A DNA stretch of 64,000 nt from a virus (taxonomy: Duplodnaviria; Caudoviricetes): positions 1 through 64,000 of the IMG/VR virus record IMGVR_UViG_3300011561_000001. One strand, 5' to 3'. Position numbers and translations under genes: made by a program. Shown piece after piece: positions 17,261 to 27,139 of the stretch (positions are counted from its first letter, which is position 1; each line of letters opens with the position of its first letter). The notes beneath the pieces are model-generated. The model was given only the letters and a program-made list of their open reading frames with translations. It had not been told where the DNA came from and did no database searches.

Positions 17261-19006
17261 GTGAGTCACTACGTTGTAGGAAAGAATCCTTGCAAGCGTT
17301 GCAGGGCTAGAGGCAATGACCATAACGGAGACAATTTCCACTTCTATGGGGAAGGTCTTGGTGGTCATTGCTTTGTTTGTAATTACACACTGCCCTCTGA
17401 TGATTGGTTGGCAGAACATGGTGAAGTGAAAGAAGAGGAGTATGATCTGGTGGGAACAGAGTTTAATGAAGAGATTCAAAATAAGCTGAAAGACCGTACC
17501 GGCGTCGATAGTAAAAATTTCCGGGGAATTAGGGCAGATGTTTCCAAATTCTTTGGCGTGAGGTACGAGTATAACGAAGAAAACGGCGAAGTTGTGGCCG
17601 TGTACTACCCGTGTACAACAAACTATAAACTCAGCGGGTGGAAAAAACGTTCGGTGCCTAAAAGCTTCTCTGCTATTGGTGTGGTAGGGAGAGAGGCGGA
17701 CTTGTTTGGGCAATTTCGTTTCCAGAATGCGACAGGAAAATACTGTCTGTTGACAGCAGGAGAAGCCGATCAGTTGGCGGCATACTCCATGCTTAAAGAT
17801 TATTATGACGGGAAGGGTGAAGACTGTATTCCTGTAGTAAGTGGCACAACAGGCGAGAAGGCAAGCTATAAACAAATTCAGAAACATTACGAGTGGTTTA
17901 ATCGTATGGAACGAATCCACATCTGTTATGACATGGATGAGGCCGGGCGTGAGGCTGTAGAAGCGGTAGCTAAGGTTTTGCCTAAAGGTAAGGTTTTTGT
18001 AATGCAGTTGCCGCTTAAAGATGCAAACGATATGCTCTTGGCAGGCAAGCAGAAAGAATTTGTCCGAGCCTTTTTTAATGCAAAGCCTTATGTGCCGAGC
18101 GGGATTGTTGGTTCTAGCAGTCTTGGGGATAAGATTCGTGAAGCTGAGAAGATTTCTAAAGTGCCGCTTCCACCGTTTATGCGCAAGGTACAGGACTTGA
18201 TGGCTGGGGGCATCCCACTAAAACGCATTGTGAATCTTGGGTCAGCCTCGGGGACAGGCAAGAGTACGATTATCGACGAGATGGTTTATTTTTGGGTATT
18301 GAACAGCCCTCACAAGCCGGGCGTAGTGACTCTGGAGTCAGATTGTTCTGAGTACGGAAAGAAGCTGATTTCCAGACACATGGGACGTAAGATCGACCTC
18401 ATCGATGATTATGAGTATAAGCAGGAGTTTCTGAATTCAGAAGCTTTTAAGATTGCAGAAAAAGAACTATTTGAAACCCCAGAGGGCCAAGATCGGTTCC
18501 ATCTTGTCGAGGAACGCGACGGAAGCGTGGAGGATATCAAAGATTTGATCATGCAACTTATTATCCAGTGTGAATGCAAGATCATCATCCTCGACCCCCT
18601 TCAAGACATCCTTGATGGGATGACTATTGACGAACAGGCTGTATTTATGAAGTGGTTAAAAGGTGCAACTAAGAGTCATGAGGTTACTTTCGTTCTAGTA
18701 AATCATGTACGCAAGAGCAGCGGCGGACAAAAAGCTAACAGCACTGGCGCCGATTTGCATGAAGAGGATTTTCAAGGCAGCTCTGCGATTTTTAAGAGTG
18801 CAGCCTGTAACTTGCTATTTACTCGGAATAAGGAAGCTGAGTCTGAATTGGAGCGTAACACTACAGTTATGAAGATGACAAAGTGTCGCTGGACAGGGCG
18901 CACATCACCCGCCGCAGGCCGCTTCTATTACGATAACGAGACACACACATTGCACGATTTGGAGGATTATTTATCAAATAATCCACAACAGTGTGTAGAT
19001 TTTTAA
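17261..19006 (+). CDS. DNA primase-helicase (T7 gp4-like)
   Basis: N-terminal Zn motif CKRC...CFVC; TOPRIM GEAD and DMDEAG; Walker A GSASGTGKST; ILDPL; DFQGSSAI. Confidence 0.95.
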   Translation: MSHYVVGKNPCKRCRARGNDHNGDNFHFYGEGLGGHCFVCNYTLPSDDWLAEHGEVKEEEYDLVGTEFNEEIQNKLKDRTGVDSKNFRGIRADVSKFFGVRYEYNEENGEVVAVYYPCTTNYKLSGWKKRSVPKSFSAIGVVGREADLFGQFRFQNATGKYCLLTAGEADQLAAYSMLKDYYDGKGEDCIPVVSGTTGEKASYKQIQKHYEWFNRMERIHICYDMDEAGREAVEAVAKVLPKGKVFVMQLPLKDANDMLLAGKQKEFVRAFFNAKPYVPSGIVGSSSLGDKIREAEKISKVPLPPFMRKVQDLMAGGIPLKRIVNLGSASGTGKSTIIDEMVYFWVLNSPHKPGVVTLESDCSEYGKKLISRHMGRKIDLIDDYEYKQEFLNSEAFKIAEKELFETPEGQDRFHLVEERDGSVEDIKDLIMQLIIQCECKIIILDPLQDILDGMTIDEQAVFMKWLKGATKSHEVTFVLVNHVRKSSGGQKANSTGADLHEEDFQGSSAIFKSAACNLLFTRNKEAESELERNTTVMKMTKCRWTGRTSPAAGRFYYDNETHTLHDLEDYLSNNPQQCVDF

Positions 19007-19017
19007 ATGGGGGAATT

Positions 19018-19872
19018 ATGAGCAATCCAGCAGATTGTTTTGAGTATGACGAAAATAGTCCATCTTGCTTGAGGTGGAAAATTAAGCGGAAGGGTACTAG
19101 GGGTATTGGTTCCGTTGCAGGAACTAAAACGAAACGCGGCCATTGGGCAGTAAGTTTTAGGGGGCAGCCCGAAATGGCTGCTCGTGTTGTGTGGGAAATG
19201 TTCCACGGAGAGATTCCCAATGGTGTGGTATTTCATGTAGATGGGGATTTATCTAACACGAAAATCGAAAACTTGTGTCTAGACTCCATTGAACCTAAAA
19301 TACAAATTTCGGAAAAGATTGCTAACAGGGAGTGGCAAAATTTATTTGAATATAAAGATGGAGAACTTATCTGGAAGGTTGATGTGTGGTCCGGTAGTTA
19401 CTACAACAAATTGGCCGCCAAGGCAGGACAAGCTCTTACAAAGCAAGTTTGTAAGGAATACCATAAGGTAATGTTAGGCGGGAGGCAGGAGTCTCATCAT
19501 AAAATTGTTTGGGAGTATTTTAACGGACCTGTGCAAGAGGGTTTGCAAATAGATCATATTGATCGCAATCCTCGGAACAACCGGATTGAAAATCTTCGTT
19601 TGGTAGAATTACCCCTTAATGCTCGCAACAAGGGTAAATCTAAGAGGAACACATCTGGTACAACTGGCGTTAGGTACAGGGTACATGATAATGGTCGAGC
19701 TTGTTACATAGCTTTTTGGAACACACTCGAAGGTAAGCTTAGGGATAGGTCATTTTCTGTTTCAAAATACGGAGAAGAGTTGGCAGAATTTCTCGCCCAA
19801 GAGTATAGGCAACAGCAAATTGATCTACTCAATTTGCAAGGGGCGGGTTATACTGAAACGCACGGAACATAG
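19018..19872 (+). CDS. HNH endonuclease with tandem HNH-like modules and an AP2-like C-terminus
   Basis: IDHIDRNPRNNRIENLR preceded by a degenerate VFHVDGDLSNTKIENL copy; C-terminal NTSGTTGV...FSVSKYG. Confidence 0.85.
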   Translation: MSNPADCFEYDENSPSCLRWKIKRKGTRGIGSVAGTKTKRGHWAVSFRGQPEMAARVVWEMFHGEIPNGVVFHVDGDLSNTKIENLCLDSIEPKIQISEKIANREWQNLFEYKDGELIWKVDVWSGSYYNKLAAKAGQALTKQVCKEYHKVMLGGRQESHHKIVWEYFNGPVQEGLQIDHIDRNPRNNRIENLRLVELPLNARNKGKSKRNTSGTTGVRYRVHDNGRACYIAFWNTLEGKLRDRSFSVSKYGEELAEFLAQEYRQQQIDLLNLQGAGYTETHGT

Positions 19873-19907
19873 GGGGGCTTGACGCCTCCTGCTTTTTCTG
19901 AAAGAAT
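19871..19907 (+). promoter_or_regulatory. Overlapping terminator and promoter upstream of the DNA polymerase
   Basis: AGGGGGGC-TTGAC-GCCTCCT hairpin plus T-tract; TTGACG-17-AAGAAT. Confidence 0.6.
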
Positions 19908-19937
19908 GAGTAAGATTTTTAGAGATTAGGAGGATTC

Positions 19938-22493
19938 ATGCAACCTTGGCACATTGTTTGGGATATTGAGAGCACGGGGCTACTGAATAACACGAGCATT
20001 GATTACACAAGCGTCCCTTACAAACTAAAGGAGTCGTTCGGTATTCACTGTATTGTTGCCAGTGTCGTAATGAATGGTAAAGAATATATTTACGGTTTCC
20101 ACTCCGGCGATAAGTACATCTTTGATGGACGCGCTCACACCATAACTGTTGAAGGAAATACGTACACGCTTGAAGCTGGATACGAGGCTGTAGATTATAT
20201 TCACAAACCCGTAGAGGATTTCCCTAAGTTCGTCAAGGCTCTACCGGAGAATACTATTGTTGCAGCACACAACCAGATTAATTTCGACTTATTGGCTGTT
20301 AAACTTTACTATGGGATTCCATACGAAGTTGAGAGAGATGTTTCGATGGGGTGTGATCTTGGTGATGACTATTGGGATGGCAAAAAGGTTGTGTTTGACG
20401 ATACACTCGTTCGATCTAAAACACTCAACCCTGATCGGTTTGGGGGACACTCTCTGGATGCTTTGTCACAAAAGACAGGTACGCAGAAAATTGCATTCCG
20501 TAAGCATCTGCCACAAGAAGAGCGCTTTAAACACTTCGGGCCGGATATGCTGTATTACAACATTTATGACGTTAAGGCAAACCGTAGTATTCTGCCGATG
20601 CTTGATCTTGAACAGCAGGCTTACGGTTGGGGAAGTAAATGGAATCGAGCCATCAAGCTTGAGAAGGCTGTTGCTGAGCTGATTACCCGACAAGAGCACC
20701 GGGGGTTTAAGTTCGACCTCGAATTGGCGTATAAGAATCTGGATCGTCTGGACGCTATGATGGAAGAGCGGAAGGTGAAGATTGAGGCTATCCTCCCCAA
20801 CCGCCCTGCAACAAAGAAAGTGCAATCAGATTTTACTCCGTGCAAGATTCAATTCAAGAAGAATGGAGATTTGTCTTCTAACATTTTAAAGTTTGCAGAG
20901 AAGATTGGCGCAACGATTACAGAAGATAATAAATTTGTGTTCGAGGGTGCGACGTATGAACTTCCACTACCCTTAGAACCTCTTGTAAAAGAGATGAAAG
21001 CCACGGTTAACGATACGACACATATTAAGGAGTGGTTGGTTAGTTTGGGCTGGTCGCCCGCCGAATATAAAGAAAAAGATTTGACGACAGATGTAAAGAA
21101 AAATCGTCTAACTGATGAAAAGATTAGGGCTGCGATTGATCGGTACATCGAGCAAACTGTTGAGAGCAACTTCTGCAAAGATCGTTGTGAGCATTTGGGG
21201 CTGAATATTGGCCCCCGGATGACAAAGCAGACGATACGAGATAAGCTGAAACGTGAGCTTGAGAAGCGAATGGAGCGTCGTGGAGGGATTAAGGTACTAA
21301 CGAACCCCAGTTTCACTGTTAGTCAAGAGAAAGAGATTTGTCCAGATTTGGAGAGACTTGCAAGTTCTTCTGAAAAGCTTCGTTGCATTACAGATATTAC
21401 CGAATATCTCACTTACCGCCATCGGCGGAATAGTATTCTGGGGGGTGGTGCAGACTGGGAGGACGATGAAGAACCGGAGAAGGGCTATCTGTCTGCTGTT
21501 CGTGAAGATGGCCGTATTCCAACGCCAGCAGATACTTGTGGTGCTGCTACTTCGAGATTCAAACACAGGCTTGTGGCGAATATTCCTCGTGTAACATCGC
21601 TGTTTGGGTATGAAATGCGAGCTATGTTTGGTGTTGATGAGCATTGTTACCAAATCGGTTACGATTTTGATAGCCTTGAAGCGCGAGAAGAAGCAAACTT
21701 CTGTTGGCCCTTTGAAGTTGGAGAAGTTAAGGAGTATTGCAATTCCTTGCTTTTGGACAAACCGAACGATGTACATACGAAGATGGCAGAGAAGATTTCT
21801 GCTATTATTGCAAGGGAATTTACACGATCTCCTGCGAAGTCGGTTAAATATGGGGCAACCTACGGAGCACAGGGGCCGAAGATTGCAAAAACAATTGGTT
21901 GTGATGTCGAGACAGGTAATCAAATCTTTGAAGCTTTCTGGGAAGCTGCTGCTCCCTTGAAGAAACTTAAAGATGCGTTGAACAGGGAGTGGAGCACTTA
22001 CGACAAGAAGCGAATCGAAGGGATTGATGGGCGACTTGTCCCCACCCGCTCAGCACACGCAATCTTGAACAGTAAGTTTCAAAGTGCTGGTGTTATCTGT
22101 GCCAAGCGTGCTATGGTGTTGCATGACCGCAAGCTGAGAGATGCAGGATTGCTGGTAGATTTCTTTAGAGATGATTGGACTAAAAAAGATTTTTGTCAGC
22201 AGCTTATGGCCTACCATGACGAAGCCCAGTTAGAGACAAATAAAGCCTCCGTGATATTTAAACGCTTTGAAACTAAGGAGCAAGCACAAGCGTTTAAAGA
22301 CGAGCAGTGGGAGAAAGAAGGGAAGATTTGGAGCGATATTAAAGATTCCCCTAAAGGTGGGGTGTACGTTGCCTATTGCTTAGGTGGTCATCTTGCGGTA
22401 GAATCAGTTAACCAATCAGGGCGTGATTACGGAATGGTCATTGATTTGACAGCGGGGTATATGGTGGAGCGCTCGTGGGCAGGATGCCACTAG
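19938..22493 (+). CDS. Family A DNA polymerase with 3'-5' exonuclease
   Basis: ExoI WDIES, ExoII HNQINFD, ExoIII YNIYD; motif A GYDFDSLE, motif B AKSVKYGATYG (Tyr, T7-like), motif C YHDE. Confidence 0.95.
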   Translation: MQPWHIVWDIESTGLLNNTSIDYTSVPYKLKESFGIHCIVASVVMNGKEYIYGFHSGDKYIFDGRAHTITVEGNTYTLEAGYEAVDYIHKPVEDFPKFVKALPENTIVAAHNQINFDLLAVKLYYGIPYEVERDVSMGCDLGDDYWDGKKVVFDDTLVRSKTLNPDRFGGHSLDALSQKTGTQKIAFRKHLPQEERFKHFGPDMLYYNIYDVKANRSILPMLDLEQQAYGWGSKWNRAIKLEKAVAELITRQEHRGFKFDLELAYKNLDRLDAMMEERKVKIEAILPNRPATKKVQSDFTPCKIQFKKNGDLSSNILKFAEKIGATITEDNKFVFEGATYELPLPLEPLVKEMKATVNDTTHIKEWLVSLGWSPAEYKEKDLTTDVKKNRLTDEKIRAAIDRYIEQTVESNFCKDRCEHLGLNIGPRMTKQTIRDKLKRELEKRMERRGGIKVLTNPSFTVSQEKEICPDLERLASSSEKLRCITDITEYLTYRHRRNSILGGGADWEDDEEPEKGYLSAVREDGRIPTPADTCGAATSRFKHRLVANIPRVTSLFGYEMRAMFGVDEHCYQIGYDFDSLEAREEANFCWPFEVGEVKEYCNSLLLDKPNDVHTKMAEKISAIIAREFTRSPAKSVKYGATYGAQGPKIAKTIGCDVETGNQIFEAFWEAAAPLKKLKDALNREWSTYDKKRIEGIDGRLVPTRSAHAILNSKFQSAGVICAKRAMVLHDRKLRDAGLLVDFFRDDWTKKDFCQQLMAYHDEAQLETNKASVIFKRFETKEQAQAFKDEQWEKEGKIWSDIKDSPKGGVYVAYCLGGHLAVESVNQSGRDYGMVIDLTAGYMVERSWAGCH

Positions 22494-22508
22494 TCCTGAA
22501 AAATTCCC

Positions 22509-22537
22509 TTGACAACCCCTAAAACATGCTTCACAAT
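22509..22537 (+). promoter_or_regulatory. Promoter with a variant -10
   Basis: TTGACA-17-CACAAT. Confidence 0.5.
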
Positions 22538-22579
22538 GTACACACATTAACAGAAAGCCTTGAGGCTAGGAGAGAAGAG

Positions 22580-22780
22580 ATGAGTGATATTGTTAGAATC
22601 AAGATTCACGTAGGGACAGGTTTTGCAGGAGCTAGCCATTCAGATATTTATGAGCTTCCACGTGAGGAATGGGAAGATATGAGTCCACAGCAGCAAGAGG
22701 AGCTATTGGATGAGCTTGCTGTAGAATTTCGTAACAACGTAATTGATTGTGGTGCTTGGGTGATGGAGGATGATGAATAA
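22580..22780 (+). CDS. Acidic hypothetical protein, 66 aa
   Basis: AGGAG SD upstream. Confidence 0.7.
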   Translation: MSDIVRIKIHVGTGFAGASHSDIYELPREEWEDMSPQQQEELLDELAVEFRNNVIDCGAWVMEDDE

Positions 22781-23106
22781 TGGCATCTGTAACTAAAACA
22801 ATCACTGAAACAATCGGAGAAATTCAGAAAACAACATCTCTGTATTTCACCTCCTTTGAAGATTTCATGGAATATGAGCGTGTTGTTAATGAGAAAGGTC
22901 AACAAGATAATCAGACAACTTTGAAAGAGCTTGTAGTAGGAAAGCAATATCGGGTTGTAAAAGATATTTCAGACCACTGTCAAGATATCGGAGACATTGT
23001 AACGGTCACGGAATATGATGAAGAGGACTACCGTCTTCCATATCGTGTGGAAGACGCTCTTGGTAATGGTAGTTGGCTTAAACCAGAAGAAGTGGAGGAA
23101 ATCTAA
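22780..23106 (+). CDS. Hypothetical protein with an SH3-like C-terminal domain
   Basis: VVGKQYRVVKD...GDIVTVTEYD...YRV. Confidence 0.75.
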   Translation: MASVTKTITETIGEIQKTTSLYFTSFEDFMEYERVVNEKGQQDNQTTLKELVVGKQYRVVKDISDHCQDIGDIVTVTEYDEEDYRLPYRVEDALGNGSWLKPEEVEEI

Positions 23107-23274
23107 ATGAACATTGAAAAGATTAAAGCGTGGGCTACAACAGATGAGAAAGGAAATGTAATTGCTTTGTGTGAGACACGCGATCAAGCGCGTTCTCAGC
23201 TTCGTTATGCAAAGCGTCATGGCCACACTAAATTTAAGCTTGTTAAGCTTTCATTTGATAGTTTTCAACGATAA
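23107..23274 (+). CDS. Hypothetical protein, 55 aa (MNIEKIKAWA...)
   Basis: Translated by hand; GGAGG SD upstream. Confidence 0.6.
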   Translation: MNIEKIKAWATTDEKGNVIALCETRDQARSQLRYAKRHGHTKFKLVKLSFDSFQR

Positions 23275-23285
23275 GGAGAATTAAT

Positions 23286-23447
23286 ATGTGGTTTATTTTA
23301 GGAATGATGTTCCTGATTATGTTTGGACTGAAGCTTGCAGGAATTGCTACGATTAGCTGGGCTGTTGTCACTGCCCCTTTGTGGGCACCAGCGGTGATTG
23401 TAGGTCTTCTGTTCGTCTGCTCTACGATGTATTTTAAGAGTAAATAA
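23286..23447 (+). CDS. Small membrane protein, 53 aa (LKLAGIATISWAVVTAPLW)
   Basis: Translated by hand; AAGGAG SD upstream. Confidence 0.7.
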   Translation: MWFILGMMFLIMFGLKLAGIATISWAVVTAPLWAPAVIVGLLFVCSTMYFKSK

Positions 23448-23460
23448 TTCAATTATTCTC

Positions 23461-23489
23461 TTGACTAAAAGAGAAAAGTTTGAAACAAT
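23461..23489 (+). promoter_or_regulatory. Promoter with a variant extended -10, upstream of SSB
   Basis: TTGACT-17-AACAAT with TGa just before the -10. Confidence 0.55.
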
Positions 23490-23564
23490 ACACAGCTTCA
23501 ACGGAGAGTGGCTTCCGTTCCAAAATGTCACAAATCATTTTAATCAAAGAGGAGATGTATAGTT

Positions 23565-24224
23565 ATGCCAGTTATTAAAGATGCCGTTTTCGCCTACTGC
23601 AAGATCGACCAAGCCGATTTCAAATACGGCTCGAAAACAGAGAAAGAATACTCTGTTGATGTAGTGGTTCCGAAAGCTGTAGCAAAAGAATGGAACAAGA
23701 AGTATCAGAAACAAAAGTGTAAGGAAGTTGACCGTGACGACTTCGAACGTGCTTACAAGTTTGCACCACCCTTTGAAGGTGATGAACTGTATGTAATCAA
23801 GCTGAAGAAGCCAGCACAATACAAAGATGGTACTCCGATTGCTGACTACGCAAAGCCTCGTGTCCTTCTTGCAACCGAAGATGGTAATGTTGATATCACT
23901 GCCACCACTAAAGTTGCTAATGGTTCTAAAGGTGTTGCGCAGTTTGATGAAGTTAGTAATGACTTCGGTACTTTTGCCAAACTGAAAGCTATTCGTGTTG
24001 ACGATCTGATCGAGTACAAGCCTGCTGGCGGTAGTTCAAGCTTTGATGAACTTGGTGGTGTTAAAGGCGGTCTTGCTGATCTTGGTGGTATTCCAGAGCG
24101 AGAGCCTTCTGAAGCTCAAGAGAAAGCTTATGAGGAAGCAACTAAAGAGACTTCTAAACCCAAGGCTAAGAAAGAAGTAGAGCCTGCTCCTGACTTTGAC
24201 GACGATCTAGACGCCCCGTTCTGA
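23565..24224 (+). CDS. ssb: Single-stranded DNA-binding protein (T7 gp2.5-like)
   Basis: Acidic C-terminus ending DFDDDLDAPF; position in the replication module; hairpin terminator ~24238-24265. Confidence 0.75.
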   Translation: MPVIKDAVFAYCKIDQADFKYGSKTEKEYSVDVVVPKAVAKEWNKKYQKQKCKEVDRDDFERAYKFAPPFEGDELYVIKLKKPAQYKDGTPIADYAKPRVLLATEDGNVDITATTKVANGSKGVAQFDEVSNDFGTFAKLKAIRVDDLIEYKPAGGSSSFDELGGVKGGLADLGGIPEREPSEAQEKAYEEATKETSKPKAKKEVEPAPDFDDDLDAPF

Positions 24225-24280
24225 TCTAACTTGAAATAAAGCCCGTCTGAAATACGGCGGGCTGTCTTAGGAGAAATGAG

Positions 24281-24490
24281 ATGAAAACCATTAGTCTAAC
24301 AGATGAAGAAGCTTATATCCTTGCTTGTATCATCGGCTATATGAAGCCAGACAGCAAAGTGTACAGTCTTCTGGGGAAGATGGATGCTCTTGTTGATAAA
24401 GAGCTTGACTTCTCTGATTATGACCGCGTAGCTTTTCAGATAGACATTGAGAAAGGTCGGGTGGGTAACGTAGAAATTGTATTTAATTAA
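24281..24490 (+). CDS. Hypothetical protein, 69 aa
   Basis: ORF track; AGGAG SD upstream. Confidence 0.7.
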   Translation: MKTISLTDEEAYILACIIGYMKPDSKVYSLLGKMDALVDKELDFSDYDRVAFQIDIEKGRVGNVEIVFN

Positions 24491-24508
24491 TTGAGGAGAA
24501 AAGAAAAT

Positions 24509-24727
24509 ATGAGTGAACAAGAATTCTTTCAAAACATGGTACGCCTGCTGACTGAAGCGGAGAACGTTCGTCTGAGTATGAAGGCGCTGCAAGATAATGG
24601 TAAAGAAGCCGAACTAGATGTTAAGACACTGAAAGCTGCCGCAGCCCTTTATGTGAAGAACATCTTTGAGGAGAAGTCAGAAGAGTTTGCTAAGGTTCGT
24701 CTTGCTTATGAGACATATGCGGACTAA
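24509..24727 (+). CDS. Small dsDNA-binding protein (T4 DsbA/GapR-like)
   Basis: LDVKTLKAAAALYVKNIFEE...AYETY pattern; 72 aa helical. Confidence 0.5.
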   Translation: MSEQEFFQNMVRLLTEAENVRLSMKALQDNGKEAELDVKTLKAAAALYVKNIFEEKSEEFAKVRLAYETYAD

Positions 24728-24740
24728 ATATTGAAATACA

Positions 24741-24766
24741 ACGGGGCTGATTTACAGCCCCTTCTT
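24741..24766 (+). terminator. Rho-independent terminator
   Basis: GGGGCTG-attta-CAGCCCC followed by TTCTTTT. Confidence 0.75.
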
Positions 24767-24778
24767 TTAGGAGGAGAG

Positions 24779-25267
24779 GTGAGAGATAGAACAAGACCGG
24801 TAGTGGATGGAAAAGTTGAATGTAAGCGGTGTGGAGAGTGGAAATTTTTAGTAGATTACCCAAAAGATAAAAATTCATTTCTGGGGATTTACTCATATTG
24901 TAGAGAATGCGCTAATTCCAGAGCGAAAGAGAATCACCGAAAAGCCAGGGCGAAGGGTGCCTCAGAATGGAATAAGCACAGACGTTCCTACAGGAACCAC
25001 TACTATAGAAGTACCTATGGAATCACAGCGGACGACTTCGATTTAATGCTAGCCGAACAAGGAGGGTGCTGCGAGATATGTAAAGTACCCTTAGACATCA
25101 ACTCGAACCCGAGCAAGGCCCATCTAGACCACAACCACACTACTGGAGATATCAGGGGTATTTTGTGCGTTAGGTGCAATAAAGGGATTGGTTTCTTTCT
25201 GGAGAACGAAATATTCTTAGCAAGCGCTATAGATTACCTTAGGAAATATAATGGAGGTACAACATGA
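24779..25267 (+). CDS. Endonuclease VII-family nuclease, probably a free-standing homing endonuclease
   Basis: YGITADDFDLMLAEQGGCCEIC...HLDHNHTTGDIRGILCVRCNKGIG; GTG start with GGAGGAG SD. Confidence 0.85.
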   Translation: MRDRTRPVVDGKVECKRCGEWKFLVDYPKDKNSFLGIYSYCRECANSRAKENHRKARAKGASEWNKHRRSYRNHYYRSTYGITADDFDLMLAEQGGCCEICKVPLDINSNPSKAHLDHNHTTGDIRGILCVRCNKGIGFFLENEIFLASAIDYLRKYNGGTT

Positions 25268-26226
25268 GTTTGTGCGTACTGGATGGAGACCTGATTGGTT
25301 TTAAAGCCTCTGCTGCATGTGAAAATAGATTTATTCGTGCTGTACACAAAACATCTAATCGAAGCAAAGAGTTTCAACATCGAACAGCTTTCCGTGACTG
25401 GTTGAAAGAGCAAGAGAAGTGGGAAGAAACGGACTTTGATATTATCGATGATAGGGTTGTTGATCCTATAGAAAATTGCTTGCATACTGTAAAGGTTATG
25501 GTTGATAATATCTGGAAAGCTTCTGGATGTTCTGAGTTTAAGATTATAGTGCAGGGGGAGGGGAATTTCAGGGATGATCTGCTTCTACCAACTAAATACA
25601 AGAGCAACCGAACAGATAGTATCCGACCACTCCACTTGAAGGAAGTGCAAGGTTATTTAGTAGGGAAATACAAGGCAGAAAAGGCGAATGGATGGGAGTC
25701 TGATGATGTGCTAGCCTCATACGCTTACGAAGGTTTTAAGGCTAAAAAACGCATAGTTCAGGCAACTGTAGATAAGGATGCGAAGCAGTGCATGGGGTGG
25801 TTGTACAACTGGGATAAGATGCAAGAGCCTAAGTTTATCTCTGGTGTTGGTGAGTTGTTTATTGATGGGAAAAACAAGGTTGATGGGCTTGGTCGTAAAT
25901 GGCTCTATCTTCAAGCTACCATTGGAGACCCGTCTGACTGCTACAAACCAACTGAGCTTGCTGGTGTAAAGTATGGGGAGAAAGCAGCATTTAAAGATTT
26001 CTCTGAACTTACTACAGATAAGGAGTGCTGGGAAAAGATGGTGAGTCTTTACAAATCATGGTATCCTGAACCAATCACCTATACTGCGTGGAATGGGGAG
26101 GAGGTTGTTGCTTCCTACCTTGACCTAATGCAAACGTATATAGATTGTGCCCACATGCGCCGATTCGTAGGCGACCAACTGAGTGTACGAGATACGCTTA
26201 ATAATCTAGGAGTGAGTTATGAATAA
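25264..26226 (+). CDS. 5'-3' exonuclease (T7 gp6/FEN-like)
   Basis: LDGD, YKSNR, ESDD, DKD and GDPSD motifs. Confidence 0.9.
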   Translation: MSLCVLDGDLIGFKASAACENRFIRAVHKTSNRSKEFQHRTAFRDWLKEQEKWEETDFDIIDDRVVDPIENCLHTVKVMVDNIWKASGCSEFKIIVQGEGNFRDDLLLPTKYKSNRTDSIRPLHLKEVQGYLVGKYKAEKANGWESDDVLASYAYEGFKAKKRIVQATVDKDAKQCMGWLYNWDKMQEPKFISGVGELFIDGKNKVDGLGRKWLYLQATIGDPSDCYKPTELAGVKYGEKAAFKDFSELTTDKECWEKMVSLYKSWYPEPITYTAWNGEEVVASYLDLMQTYIDCAHMRRFVGDQLSVRDTLNNLGVSYE

Positions 26227-26557
26227 GATTACTGAAGAAGACCTGCTCGAATATGTTTCAGAAGTAGGGGATTTTCAAAAAGATCACCGTAAGTACGGTA
26301 GCTTTTATTGCTCGGCCTCCCACACTATCACCGAAGAAGATGTTAAAGTTCTTGCTGAAGAAGGTGTAGACGCCTCTGATTTCCTGAATGTTTGCGTGTC
26401 GCGTAACGGCATGTGGGATGATAGCTATGGTACGGAGTGGGATGATGTAACCTACGAAAAGGTGGAAGAGTATCAAGAGCTTGTTCCTGAAGTTGTTATC
26501 CCTGAGCACTATGTCACTAAGACTCGGACACAAGAGTTTAAGCCAACGTGGAACTGA
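26219..26557 (+). CDS. Acidic hypothetical protein, 112 aa
   Basis: ORF track. Confidence 0.75.
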   Translation: MNKITEEDLLEYVSEVGDFQKDHRKYGSFYCSASHTITEEDVKVLAEEGVDASDFLNVCVSRNGMWDDSYGTEWDDVTYEKVEEYQELVPEVVIPEHYVTKTRTQEFKPTWN

Positions 26558-26560
26558 CAC

Positions 26561-27139
26561 ATGACGGTTCCTAGTAAGCTTGATTTAAAGAAGAGAGAGG
26601 ATAAGTTAAAGTCTTTCTTGAAGAAACTCGGACCCGATGGTAAACCACAAGAGAAGCATGTTGTTAGTGTTGTTCGTTCTGCAATACGTTCTGCTTGGAT
26701 GAAGTCAGATGTGAAGTTAGCGTACTTGTATATGAATACAATTCCTGATATGGATGACAGTACGAGAACGAAGTGGCTTACTAAGTGTGAGATTTGTGAA
26801 GGGTTGTTCAAGTTGAATGAAGTGCAGATTGATCATAAACTCGGCAACCACAGCTTCACTAAGGTTGAAGACTTTGAGAACTACTTCAATAACATCCTAA
26901 TGGTTGGTTTTAGTGACTTACAGATACTGTGTGTGGAGTGCCACGAGTGCAAGACGTTGCAGGAAAAGCAAGGGCTTACTTGGGAAGAAGCTAAAGCAAC
27001 TAAAGAAGCTATTAGACTACAGAAAGCTAAGCTTGATACACAATGGCTGAAAGGAAATGGCATAATTCCAGCCAGCAACTCAGCTAAGCGAAGAGTTCAG
27101 ATTGTTGAACGATTGATGGAGGAGAAAGAGAATGAGTGA
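26561..27139 (+). CDS. HNH-type nuclease
   Basis: CEIC...VQIDHK...LQILCVECHECKT. Confidence 0.75.
   Translation: MTVPSKLDLKKREDKLKSFLKKLGPDGKPQEKHVVSVVRSAIRSAWMKSDVKLAYLYMNTIPDMDDSTRTKWLTKCEICEGLFKLNEVQIDHKLGNHSFTKVEDFENYFNNILMVGFSDLQILCVECHECKTLQEKQGLTWEEAKATKEAIRLQKAKLDTQWLKGNGIIPASNSAKRRVQIVERLMEEKENE

Noticed and set aside
17174-17920. 248-aa minus-strand ORF opposite the primase
   Set aside because: Antisense shadow with unnatural composition.
23257-23271. ATAG-N7-CGAT half-site like the early LysR boxes
   Set aside because: No partner repeat and no adjacent -35; probably chance.
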